NCBI GenBank assembly: GCA_019056805.1
Contig: DXJG01000003.1
Coordinates: forward strand, 27,712-59,711
Source of the DNA: Candidatus Baldrarchaeota archaeon
GTDB taxonomy: Archaea > Asgardarchaeota > Baldrarchaeia > Baldrarchaeales > DXJG01
Direction of reading: 5' to 3'
DNA: 32,000 nucleotides
Within the stretch, counting starts at the first letter, position 1. Each line of letters opens with the position of its first letter. Under the pieces are notes generated by a model. The model saw nothing but the letters and a program-made list of their open reading frames with translations, did not search any database and was not told the origin of the DNA. Positions 10,245-19,426 of the stretch are shown here, piece after piece. The position numbers and the translations under genes were made by a program.

Positions 10245-10613
10245 ATGGCAAAACCACCTTACGTAAAATTTACCGTACCTAAGGAGCTAGCTGAGAAAGC
10301 ACTGGAAGCTTTGGAGATAGCCAGAGATACAGGACAGGTAAGAAAAGGAACCAATGAAACAACTAAAGCTGTAGAGAGAGGAATAGCAAAACTAGTGTTA
10401 ATTGCCGAAGATGTAGATCCACCAGAAATAGTAATGCACCTACCTATTTTATGCGAGGAGAAGAATGTACCATACATATACGTACCAAGCAAACAGCAAC
10501 TTGGATCAGCCGCTGGAATAGATGTAGCAGCAGCCTCAGCATGCATTATAAATCCTGGAGACGCCAAGGATCTTGTCCGCGAAATAGTAGAGAAAGTAAA
10601 AGAATTCAAATAA
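10245..10613 (+). CDS. rpl7ae: 50S ribosomal protein L7Ae
   Basis: [39 protein letters not shown]. Confidence 0.98.
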   Translation: MAKPPYVKFTVPKELAEKALEALEIARDTGQVRKGTNETTKAVERGIAKLVLIAEDVDPPEIVMHLPILCEEKNVPYIYVPSKQQLGSAAGIDVAAASACIINPGDAKDLVREIVEKVKEFK

Positions 10614-10708
10614 AACACGAACAGCCCTCAAATTTAATCTAATTTTATTTACTAATTTCTTCCAAGTTTAATACGTCCTACCTACAACCTTAGTAATGGG
10701 AGATAAAA

Positions 10709-11155
10709 ATGGAAAGAACACTTCTAATTGTTAAACCTGACGGGGTTGTTAGGGGATTAATAGGCGAAGTTATATCTCGTGTAGAAAGAAAAGGACTAAA
10801 AATCGTAGCCCTAAAAATGATGAAATTATCTAGAGAAAAAGCGGAGGAACTATACAGTGTCCACAAAGGAAAACCATTCTTTCAAGAATTAATTAACCAT
10901 ATAACTTCAGCGCCAATAGTTGCAATGATTCTAGAGGGTGAAAACACGATTCAAATTGTTAGAAACATGATAGGTGCAACTGACCCCTCCAAAGCAAACC
11001 CTGGCACTATCCGCGGTGACTATGCTTTAACCATAACTAAAAATGTAGTACATGCTGCAGATTCGCCAGAAAACGCAGAAAGAGAAATAAATGTAATCTT
11101 TGGAACAGAAAAACCAATAGAATATGAACGTACCGATGAAAATTGGCTTTATTAA
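10709..11155 (+). CDS. ndk: Nucleoside diphosphate kinase
   Basis: [44 protein letters not shown]. Confidence 0.97.
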   Translation: MERTLLIVKPDGVVRGLIGEVISRVERKGLKIVALKMMKLSREKAEELYSVHKGKPFFQELINHITSAPIVAMILEGENTIQIVRNMIGATDPSKANPGTIRGDYALTITKNVVHAADSPENAEREINVIFGTEKPIEYERTDENWLY

Positions 11156-11337
11156 ACCAAAACTCTTAACATTTTTATTTATATTTTATGTAAAAACTAC
11201 AAAAAATATGTTCTTTTATGTAAGGATTACACGTAAAGTATTAAAAGGATTATAAAATAGTAAGGTCGATACTATTTTCGCTTCATTAACTTAAAGAGAA
11301 AATCAAAAATTATTGAATTTTATAGGAGGCTATTGAA

Positions 11338-13149
11338 ATGGCTCTCAGACAACCAATTTGCGTTGTACTTGGCCATATAGACCATGGGAAAACAACTCTA
11401 CTTGATAAAATTCGCGGAACAGTAGTTCAGTTAAGAGAAGCCGGGGGCATAATCTAGCCAGACAGCTCTCTGGCTAGATGCCAAACCCAACATATAGGAG
11501 CATCGTTCCTTCCAGCCGAAGTCATAGAAAAAATATGTGGTAAACTTTTAGAAAAATTTAATATTAAAATTACAATTCCAGGAATTTTAATTATAGATAC
11601 ACCGGGTCACGAAGCTTTTTATAATCTAAGAGCTCGTGGGGGAGCTGCAGCAGACTTCGCCATCCTTGTAGTTGATGTCATTGAAGGATTTCAAACACAA
11701 ACCTGGGAGTGTATAAATATTTTAAAATCCAGACGGGTACCTTTCCTTGTAGCTGCAAACAAGATAGATAGAATTCCAGGATGGCAACCTAACCCGGGAG
11801 CACCTTTTCTTGAATCTTTTAAGAAACAAAGTCCTCACGTTCAAAAATTTCTAGACGAAAAAGTCTACGAAATCATGGGTTCACTATCAACAGAAGGTTT
11901 TCAAGCCGAAAGATTTGATAGAGTTAAAGATTTTACAAAAACAGTTGCTATTATTCCAACAAGTGGCAAAACAGGTGAAGGCATACCCGAACTTCTTGCA
12001 GTTTTAGCCGGTTTAACTCAACGTTATATGAAAGAGAAATTAAAAGTTGTAACAGGTCCTGGAAAGGGAGTTGTTCTGGAGGTTAGAGAAGAACCCGGAT
12101 TAGGTTTGACTCTTGACGCCATTATATACGATGGTATCGTAAGAAAGGGAGACATAATCGTAGTTGGCGGTCTAGATGGTGTAATAGTCTCCCGAATCAG
12201 ATCTCTTCTCCAACCCAAACCTCTTGATGAAATAAGAGATCCAAGAGATAAATTTAATCCAGTTGATCAAGTTGTCGCAGCAGCTGGCGTTAAAATAGTG
12301 GCCCCAGATCTTGAAGGGGCTGTTGCTGGGTCGCCGATACGAATTGTCTGGGATGAATCAATAGTTGAAGAAATTGAAAAAGAAGTTGAAGAAGAACTCG
12401 AAAAAATAAGAATATCAACTGATAAAACAGGAACAATCCTTAAAGCTGACACTCTCGGTTCTCTAGAAGCTATAGTCAACTATTTTAGAGAAAGAAATAT
12501 TCCGATAAGAATGGCTGATGTCGGTGATGTTTCAAAAAGAGACATAATGGAAGCTATTGCAGTAAAAGAAAAGGATCCATTCCTCGCCGCCATCCTAGCT
12601 TTTAATGTAAAAGTTCTTCCTGATGCTGAGGAGGAAGCTAGACGCCATAATATACCAATATTTAAGAGCAACATTATATATAGGCTTTTCAACGACTACG
12701 AGGACTGGTTAATAAAGAAAAGAGAAGAACAAAAGAAAAAGGAACTAGAATCCCTTATAAGACCTGGAAAATTCAAAATATTACCCGGGTATGTGTTCAG
12801 GAGAAGTAAGCCGGCAATAGTCGGTGTCAAAGTTCTTGCTGGCAAAATACAGCCAAAATATTCACTAATTAACTCAGACAATCAGAAAGTAGGGTCAATA
12901 CTTCAAATACAAGATAAAGGGCAAAACATTAAAGAAGCTACAAAAGATATGGAAGTTGCAGTATCAATTAAAGGGCCAATTGTTGGACGACATATTAAAG
13001 AAGGGGACGTACTATATGTAGATGTTCCTGAATCCCATGCAAGAATATTATTAACAAAGTTTAAAAATGATCTAACAATTGATGAAATCGAAACTTTGCA
13101 GGAATTGATTGAAATAAAGAGAAAAGAAAAACCCTTCTGGGGAACATAG
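11338..13149 (+). CDS. infB: Translation initiation factor 2 (aIF5B), spliced: join(11338..11451,11485..13149), 592 aa
   Basis: SD AGGAGG and ATG at 11338. [27 protein letters not shown] (G1), EAGGI|TQHIGA (G2) after removing 33 nt, IDTPGHEAF (G3), ANKID (G4). Frame is continuous into the ORF-track fragment 11875..13149. Confidence 0.95.
11452..11484 (+). other. 33-nt BHB-type intron in infB pre-mRNA
   Basis: Outer helix GGG(11443-45)/CCC(11486-88), central helix GGCA(11446-49)/UGCC(11479-82), bulges UAA(11450-52) and AAA(11483-85), perfect 10-bp inner stem UCUAGCCAGA/UCUGGCUAGA. In-frame TAG at 11455-57. Canonical cleavage joins ATA|ACC (Ile-Thr). Confidence 0.92.
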
Positions 13150-13161
13150 GAGGAAAGTGAA

Positions 13162-13548
13162 ATGCCAGAAATAAAACTCGTCATCTCTAACCCACAAACT
13201 GGGAAAACCTATCAAATAACTTTAGATGAAAAGAAAAGTAGGGCACTAATAGGTAGAAAAATAGGAGAAACCGTTTCAGGAGACTTAATAGGGCTACCTG
13301 GATACGAAGTCGAGATAACTGGTGGAAGCGACAAGGACGGGTTCCCGATGAGACCCGATGTCCATGGAGGCGTTAGAAAAAGGGTACTACTTTCAGGGCC
13401 ACCAGGATTTCACCCAACTCGTCCAGGTGAAAGAAGAAGAAAAACAGTAAGAGGGAACGTCGTCACAGAAGAGATCGTACAAGTTAACGCAAAAATAGTA
13501 AAACACGGAGAAAAACCAATTGAGGAAATTTTAGGGAAAACAGAGTAA
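13162..13548 (+). CDS. rps6e: 30S ribosomal protein S6e
   Basis: ITGGSDKDGFPMRPDVHG, GERRRKTVRGN, VQVNAKIV. Confidence 0.97.
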   Translation: MPEIKLVISNPQTGKTYQITLDEKKSRALIGRKIGETVSGDLIGLPGYEVEITGGSDKDGFPMRPDVHGGVRKRVLLSGPPGFHPTRPGERRRKTVRGNVVTEEIVQVNAKIVKHGEKPIEEILGKTE

Positions 13549-13766
13549 TAATTCATATTATTCTACGAGTAGGTTAGTTCACATCAAATATTAGTTATTA
13601 CACATTTTTATTATAAATAGAAAAATTATTAAAGAAGTGAACTTTATTCGAAATAAAATCTTCATGTAATTGCTTAACAATTAACTGTAAATCGAAGCTT
13701 AATTGTATAAGTTTAATATGCCTAGAAGCTATAATGTTTCTTCTAATATACGTCAGGAGGATAAAA

Positions 13767-15026
13767 ATGATATTAAAAGACGAGATGTTTCAATGTGAGG
13801 TTAATATCGGCACAGTCGGACACGTAGATCATGGTAAAACAACCTTGGTTGAAGCTCTCTCTGGTCAATGGACAGATAGGCATAGTGAAGAAATTAGAAG
13901 GGGAATTTCCATTAAGCTAGGCTATGCCGACACTACCATTAGAAAATGCCCGAAATGCCCCCCTCCCAAATGTTTTACAACTACTTATCTCGCTAACGGA
14001 GATAAATGTCCATATTGTGGATCAAATCTTCAAGTATTACGAAGAATTTCTTTCGTTGATAGTCCTGGACATGAAATATTAATGGCTACTATGCTTTCTG
14101 GCGCCGCGTTAATGGATGGCGCAATTTTAGTTATTGCTGCTAATGAGCCTTGTCCTCAACCACAAACACGTGAACATTTTGCTGCTCTTCAAATTATTGG
14201 TGTTAAAAACATCATTATTGTTCAGAACAAAGTGGAATTAGTGTCGAAAGAAAAAGCATTAGAAAATTATATGCAAATCAAAAAATTTGTCGAAGGCACA
14301 ATAGCTGAAGATGCGCCTATAATACCGATTTCCGCTGTTCATAAAGTAAACCTAGATGTACTCATTCAAGCTATAGAGGAAATTATACCCACACCAAAAA
14401 GAGATCCAAATAAGCCAACCAGATTTTATATTGCTAGATCATTTGATATTAATAGACCCGGGACAAAACCCGACGATTTAAAAGGCGGAGTACTTGGAGG
14501 AGCAATCATACAAGGAAAACTTAAAGTAGGAGATGAAATCGAAATACGACCAGGGTTACCAGAAAAACGAGCTAGAAAAATAGAGTATGAACCACTATTC
14601 ACCGAGGTTACAAGCTTAAGAGCTGGACCTTATGTGCCATTAAAGGAGGCTGGTCCTGGTGGTTTAATAGGGGTCGGTACAAAGCTTGACCCTTCTCTAA
14701 CAAAAGCTGATGGACTAGTTGGAAACATCGCTGGTAAACCTGATACACTACCCCTCATACACAATACACTACGTATTGAAGTTCATCTTATGGAAAGGGT
14801 TGTTGGCACTGAAGATTTAAGAAAAGTTGAAGAAATCAAAAAGAATGAAACTATTATGCTAAATATAGGCACTGCTGTAACGGTAGGCATTGTAACAGAG
14901 GCAGTGAAAGACGAAGCGGAAATTCAGTTAAGAAGACCTATATGTGCAGAAGAGGGTGAACGAGTAGCCATCAGTAGAAATATAGGTGGAAGATGGAGAC
15001 TTATAGGACACGGAATAATAAAATGA
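13767..15026 (+). CDS. eif2g: Translation initiation factor 2 gamma subunit
   Basis: [27 protein letters not shown], Zn knuckle, [34 protein letters not shown] precedes ATG at 13767. Confidence 0.97.
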   Translation: MILKDEMFQCEVNIGTVGHVDHGKTTLVEALSGQWTDRHSEEIRRGISIKLGYADTTIRKCPKCPPPKCFTTTYLANGDKCPYCGSNLQVLRRISFVDSPGHEILMATMLSGAALMDGAILVIAANEPCPQPQTREHFAALQIIGVKNIIIVQNKVELVSKEKALENYMQIKKFVEGTIAEDAPIIPISAVHKVNLDVLIQAIEEIIPTPKRDPNKPTRFYIARSFDINRPGTKPDDLKGGVLGGAIIQGKLKVGDEIEIRPGLPEKRARKIEYEPLFTEVTSLRAGPYVPLKEAGPGGLIGVGTKLDPSLTKADGLVGNIAGKPDTLPLIHNTLRIEVHLMERVVGTEDLRKVEEIKKNETIMLNIGTAVTVGIVTEAVKDEAEIQLRRPICAEEGERVAISRNIGGRWRLIGHGIIK

Positions 15027-15445
15027 TGAAAATGACGCAAAAAAATAAATTGAAAATTGTGTTAGATACGAATATACTAATGTTACCGGCTCAACTAAAC
15101 ATAAATCTTTCAGCTGAACTTGATAATCTATTACAATTAAGATACGAAGTTGTAGTTCCTGAAGGAGTGATTGAGGAACTTAAAAATTTGATCAGTACAT
15201 CAAGTCCTAAAACCCGTCGCATAGCTAAATTTGCCTTAGAGCTAGCTAAAAAATTCAAAATAATTCCAATAAAACCTAAACCTGGGGAAAACATCGATAA
15301 AATGCTAATACGGTTGGCAAAGAGCAGAAAATATGTAATTTGCACATGTGACAACGAATTAAGAAGAAAAATTAGGGAAGTAGGAGCACCAGTTATATTT
15401 CTCAGACAGAAGTCCCATTTAACCATTGAAGGCGAAATTCCATAA
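15023..15445 (+). CDS. PIN-domain protein (Fcf1/Utp24-like) usually found between eif2g and rpoE1
   Basis: [30 protein letters not shown]...[14 protein letters not shown] overlap with eif2g. Confidence 0.88.
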   Translation: MMKMTQKNKLKIVLDTNILMLPAQLNINLSAELDNLLQLRYEVVVPEGVIEELKNLISTSSPKTRRIAKFALELAKKFKIIPIKPKPGENIDKMLIRLAKSRKYVICTCDNELRRKIREVGAPVIFLRQKSHLTIEGEIP

Positions 15446-15567
15446 TCACGCGAAACACATATAAGTTTAATAATTTACATCAAAACCAATCTTAAACTCT
15501 TTTCAAATGTTCAATTCACTGTTTTAATCCTAATAAAATAACGATTGTCACGGGGATTGAGTTAACA

Positions 15568-16158
15568 ATGTATAAGTTAGTTAAAGTTCAAGATGTAGTT
15601 CGTATTCCTCCAAATAAGCTTAGTGAACCAATTGAAGATGCTGCTTTAGAAGTACTGAGAAAAGAACTTGAAGGAACAATCGATCCCAAATTAGGATATA
15701 TTATAGCTGTAATAAATGTCGATAGTGTTGGTTTGGGACGAATTATTCCAGGAGATGGTGCCACGTATCACGATGTAGATTTTACAGTTTTAACTTTTCA
15801 ACCAACGTTACAAGAGGTTGTAGAGGGAGAGGTAATAGAGGTACTAAACTTCGGAGTTTTCATACGATTAGGCCCTCTTGATGGACTATGTCACGTTAGC
15901 CAAATAACAGATGACTTTATTACCTACGACTCAAAAAGATCGGCACTCATAGGAAGAGAAACTGGCAAAGTAATATCTGAAAACGATCGCGTAAGAGCAA
16001 GAATAGTTGCCGTAAGTTTAAGAGGTGGATCACGAAGTGGGAAACTAGGCTTAACAATGAGACAACCATTCCTAGGTAAATTAGAATGGATAAAAGAAGA
16101 AATTAAAAGAATAGAAGCTGAAAAGGAGGAAAAAACAAGTGAAAGAAAAAGCGTGTAG
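15568..16158 (+). CDS. rpoE1: DNA-directed RNA polymerase subunit E' (Rpo7)
   Basis: DVVRIPP, GDGATYH, S1 domain FGVFIRLGPLDGLCHVSQITDD, LTMRQPFLGKLEWI. Confidence 0.97.
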   Translation: MYKLVKVQDVVRIPPNKLSEPIEDAALEVLRKELEGTIDPKLGYIIAVINVDSVGLGRIIPGDGATYHDVDFTVLTFQPTLQEVVEGEVIEVLNFGVFIRLGPLDGLCHVSQITDDFITYDSKRSALIGRETGKVISENDRVRARIVAVSLRGGSRSGKLGLTMRQPFLGKLEWIKEEIKRIEAEKEEKTSERKSV

Positions 16159-16327
16159 AACCTGCCATAGAATTGTTACAAATCAAAGTATTTGTCCTTA
16201 TTGCAAAACTCATACTCTTTCTGACGACTTTAGCGGGCTTATCATAATAATCGATCCCCAAAAATCTGAAATCGCAAAAAAACTACATATTGACCAGCCT
16301 GGAAGATATGCATTTAGAGTGCGCTAG
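16139..16327 (+). CDS. spt4: Transcription elongation factor Spt4 (RpoE'')
   Basis: KACRTCHRI..CPYC Zn motif, IIIDPQKSEIAKKL...PGRYAFRVR. Confidence 0.95.
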   Translation: MKEKACRTCHRIVTNQSICPYCKTHTLSDDFSGLIIIIDPQKSEIAKKLHIDQPGRYAFRVR

Positions 16328-16337
16328 GTAGATAACA

Positions 16338-16877
16338 TTGTCCTTAATTTTTAAATTACCCGAACATTTACGTAGCAAACTTAAAAAACCCCTGGGTCAA
16401 CTCATTAAAGGTCCCCCAGACATTACAATTAAAACTGCTAAAGAAATCATTAAAAAATTAAGACCTCCAAAAGTCATTACAGTAGGAGACATAGTTACAC
16501 ATTCAGCCAAAAAATACAAGTTACCCCTTTCAATAGCCATAATAGATTTAAAAACCATGAGAAAAAAGAGTGATGTACATATCAGTTACACAGGCAACGA
16601 AACCATAATAAAAACAGATAATCCAGCAGGTACAATTACATATGATGCTTGGAAAGCTGTGAAAGATGCAATGAAGAAGAAAGGAGAAGTTATAATACTA
16701 GTTAATGGAGAGGAAGACTTATTAACACTCCCCGCAATTTATCTCGCACCCGAGGGATCAATTATCATTTATGGTCAACCACATGAAGGCATAGTAGTAG
16801 TAAAATCTGATCAAAATACTAAAAAGAAAGTGAAAGAAATCCTACTAGAAATGGAGGGATCAGAGAGTGTCCTTTGA
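16338..16877 (+). CDS. GTP-dependent dephospho-CoA kinase (DUF359 family)
   Basis: LRSKLKKPLG, ITVGDIVT, NPAGTIT, VNGEEDLL.LP, YGQP.EG.V. Conserved position after spt4. Confidence 0.88.
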   Translation: MSLIFKLPEHLRSKLKKPLGQLIKGPPDITIKTAKEIIKKLRPPKVITVGDIVTHSAKKYKLPLSIAIIDLKTMRKKSDVHISYTGNETIIKTDNPAGTITYDAWKAVKDAMKKKGEVIILVNGEEDLLTLPAIYLAPEGSIIIYGQPHEGIVVVKSDQNTKKKVKEILLEMEGSESVL

Positions 16878-17172
16878 AATAAAAATTATCTCCGAAAAAG
16901 ATAATCCTCTACTAGAAAGAAAAGAAATAGAGTTTATTATATTTCACGCTGGTCAAGGCACGCCGAAACGAACCGATATACGTAAAAAAATTGCAGCTAT
17001 GCTAAACAAGGATATAGAATGCGTATACATCAAACACTTATACTCAGAAACTGGAAAACCAGAAACAAAAGGAGAAGCAAGAATATATGAAAGCAAAGAA
17101 AGAGCATTAGCTATAGAACCAAAACACATTATAGAAAGAAACAAACTGGAAAAAGAAGAAGAGAAAAAATAA
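16867..17172 (+). CDS. rps24e: 30S ribosomal protein S24e
   Basis: NPLLERKEI, GTPKRTDIRKKIAA, GEARIY, EPKHIIERN. Confidence 0.95.
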   Translation: MSFEIKIISEKDNPLLERKEIEFIIFHAGQGTPKRTDIRKKIAAMLNKDIECVYIKHLYSETGKPETKGEARIYESKERALAIEPKHIIERNKLEKEEEKK

Positions 17173-17270
17173 CCATTTAACAAAATATTTCTAACGCTCT
17201 TAACACTTACACAAACTATACTATAACTAACAATAAATTTGGTAACTAACAGATGAAAGAGGGGTGAAAA

Positions 17271-17456
17271 ATGTCAAAAACACCTAAAGTTATAGTGAGT
17301 ACATATTACGAAATAAAGGAAGGCAAACTCATCAGAAAAAGAAAATTCTGCCCAAGATGTGGTCCAGGAGTTTTCTTAGCCGAACACAAAGATAGATTTT
17401 CATGCGGCAAATGCGGATACACCGAGTACAAAAAGAAAGAACAAAGCTCAAAGTAA
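17271..17456 (+). CDS. rps27ae: 30S ribosomal protein S27ae
   Basis: [32 protein letters not shown]. Confidence 0.97.
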   Translation: MSKTPKVIVSTYYEIKEGKLIRKRKFCPRCGPGVFLAEHKDRFSCGKCGYTEYKKKEQSSK

Positions 17457-17570
17457 AAACCATTTATAGATCTCTAATTTTAAAATGTAAAGTCGATAAG
17501 CTAAATACCTAAAAACACCGTAAGTAATCTAATTTTAATTCTACAAATAACTTCATAAAAGGGGTTATTC

Positions 17571-18212
17571 ATGGTATTAATAAAAAAGGGCGCAGAAGCC
17601 TGGTTATTTAGAGAAAAATGGTATGAATTCGATGTTATAAGAAAGTGGAGAATACCTAAAAAATATCGTGTAAAAGAACTGGACAAAGCTATTCGCGTCT
17701 TTAGAACTAAACATGAGGCAAGACTACTTTCTGAGACTCGTAAAAAGGGTGTACCTACACCCATTGTCTTTATGGTAAATCTAATGGAATCCTCAATTAT
17801 AATGGAAGATGTTAAAGGCAAAGTACTTAAAGAAGTTTTAGACACCCTACCACTACAAGAGAAAAAAAGGATCTGCATGTTAATTGGAGAAAACATCGGG
17901 AAAATGCACAAAGCCGGTATAGTTCACGGCGACCTAACAACATCTAACATTATACTTACTAATAACAACCAAATAGTTTTTGTTGACTTCGGCCTAGCAT
18001 CATTTTCCAAAAACCTAGAAGATCATGCAGTCGACTTACATTTAATGGAAAGAACATTAGAAAGTACACACCACAAAATGGCCAAAAAATACTTCAACTG
18101 GATAATCGAAGGATATAGAAAAATCATGAAAGACTATACAAATAAAGTTCTACAACAGATAAAAGAAATTCGACTCAGAGGAAGATACGTAGAAGAGAGG
18201 CGAGAAAAATGA
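17571..18212 (+). CDS. bud32: KEOPS complex kinase Bud32 (stand-alone)
   Basis: IKKGAEA, K.RIPKKYR, RTKHEARLL, GVPTP, HGDLTTSNI, VDFGL, AVDLHLM. Confidence 0.95.
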   Translation: MVLIKKGAEAWLFREKWYEFDVIRKWRIPKKYRVKELDKAIRVFRTKHEARLLSETRKKGVPTPIVFMVNLMESSIIMEDVKGKVLKEVLDTLPLQEKKRICMLIGENIGKMHKAGIVHGDLTTSNIILTNNNQIVFVDFGLASFSKNLEDHAVDLHLMERTLESTHHKMAKKYFNWIIEGYRKIMKDYTNKVLQQIKEIRLRGRYVEERREK

Positions 18213-18784
18213 AGGAAATATTTTTTGCTACTAGCAACAAAAACAAGTACCTTGAAGCAAAAGCAATCCTAGAGAACTTTAATATAAAAGTTAAATGGTT
18301 AAAGGGAAAATACCCAGAGATACAAGCCGAAAGCTTAGAGGAAATCGCCGCATTTACAGCAAAATGGGTCGCCGAAAAAACAAAGAAAAAAGTTTTCGTA
18401 GAAGATGCTGGACTATTTATACAAACTCTAAACGGATTTCCAGGACCCTACTCATCATATGTTTACCAAACCATCGGAAATACCGGTATTCTAAAACTAT
18501 TAGAGGGAGAAACGAAAAGGGAAGCCTTTTTCATGAGCGTTATCGCGTACTGTAAACCCTCATCCAAACCGATTACGTTCACCGGGAAAGTTCATGGCAC
18601 TATCGCATATGAGGTAAGAGGCGATAAAGGTTGGGGATTTGACCCAATATTTATTCCTAAAGAAGGAAAAGGAAAAACATATGCTGAAATGGGACCAGAA
18701 AACAAAAACAAAGTTTCACACAGAAGAAAAGCATTAGAAAAGTTTGGCACATGGTTTTCGAAGCAATGTAATAACAAAGACTAA
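18209..18784 (+). CDS. rdgB: Non-canonical purine NTP pyrophosphatase (RdgB/HAM1)
   Basis: FATSNKNKY.E, VEDAGL, GFPGPYS, WGFDPIF, KNKVSHRRKAL. Confidence 0.95.
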   Translation: MKEIFFATSNKNKYLEAKAILENFNIKVKWLKGKYPEIQAESLEEIAAFTAKWVAEKTKKKVFVEDAGLFIQTLNGFPGPYSSYVYQTIGNTGILKLLEGETKREAFFMSVIAYCKPSSKPITFTGKVHGTIAYEVRGDKGWGFDPIFIPKEGKGKTYAEMGPENKNKVSHRRKALEKFGTWFSKQCNNKD

Positions 18785-18954
18785 CTTTAAATCCAGATGT
18801 CAACTCTATAATATCCTAACATCATCATTGTAGTGTTAGAATGCTCATCTATACTAAAATTTGAATAGAAAAAATTTTTAAGACATTCATAGTCTTCCTC
18901 TTAGAAATTACTGTATCAAAAATTTGTTACGCTCATGTTTACGAGGTGAAACTA

Positions 18955-19410
18955 ATGGCTAGAATGCACGCTAGAAAAAGAGGTAAATCAAGTTCAACGC
19001 GACCTCCAAGAAGAACACCACCAGAATGGGTTAAGATTCCGCCTCAAGAAGTTGAAGACTTAGTCGTAAAACTCGCCCGTGAAGGGCACCCTCCAAGTAC
19101 AATAGGCGTAATCCTTAGAGATCAATACGGTATACCATTAGTTAAACAAATAGTCGGAAAAAGCATAACCCAAATTTTGGAAGAAAATAATTTATCCTTA
19201 CCCTTACCAGAAGATCTCCTAAATCTAATTAGGAGAGCTGTCAATTTAAGAAAACATCTTGAAGAACATCCAAAAGACCTTCACTCAAAACGAGGATTAC
19301 AATTAATTGAAAGTAAAATACACAGACTAGTAAAATACTATAAACGAGTTAAAAAGATACCACAAGACTGGAAATATGATCCAAAGAAGGCTGAAATTCT
19401 AGTCCGTTAA
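18955..19410 (+). CDS. rps15: 30S ribosomal protein S15 (S13e family)
   Basis: [56 protein letters not shown] precedes ATG at 18955. Confidence 0.97.
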   Translation: MARMHARKRGKSSSTRPPRRTPPEWVKIPPQEVEDLVVKLAREGHPPSTIGVILRDQYGIPLVKQIVGKSITQILEENNLSLPLPEDLLNLIRRAVNLRKHLEEHPKDLHSKRGLQLIESKIHRLVKYYKRVKKIPQDWKYDPKKAEILVR

Positions 19411-19426
19411 AATTTGGGGAGTAATT

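Noticed and set aside
11452-11484. Pyrrolysine or stop-codon read-through of the in-frame UAG in infB via a downstream hairpin
   Set aside because: The UAG lies inside the stem, and read-through would put 11 extra residues into the GGITQHIG switch-I motif. BHB excision restores the motif exactly, and the rpoN insert (41 nt, frameshifting) cannot be explained by read-through.
11338-13149. infB as a pseudogene, or real start at 11875 as in the ORF track
   Set aside because: All GTPase motifs are intact and in frame upstream of 11875. The only lesion is the BHB-bounded insert.
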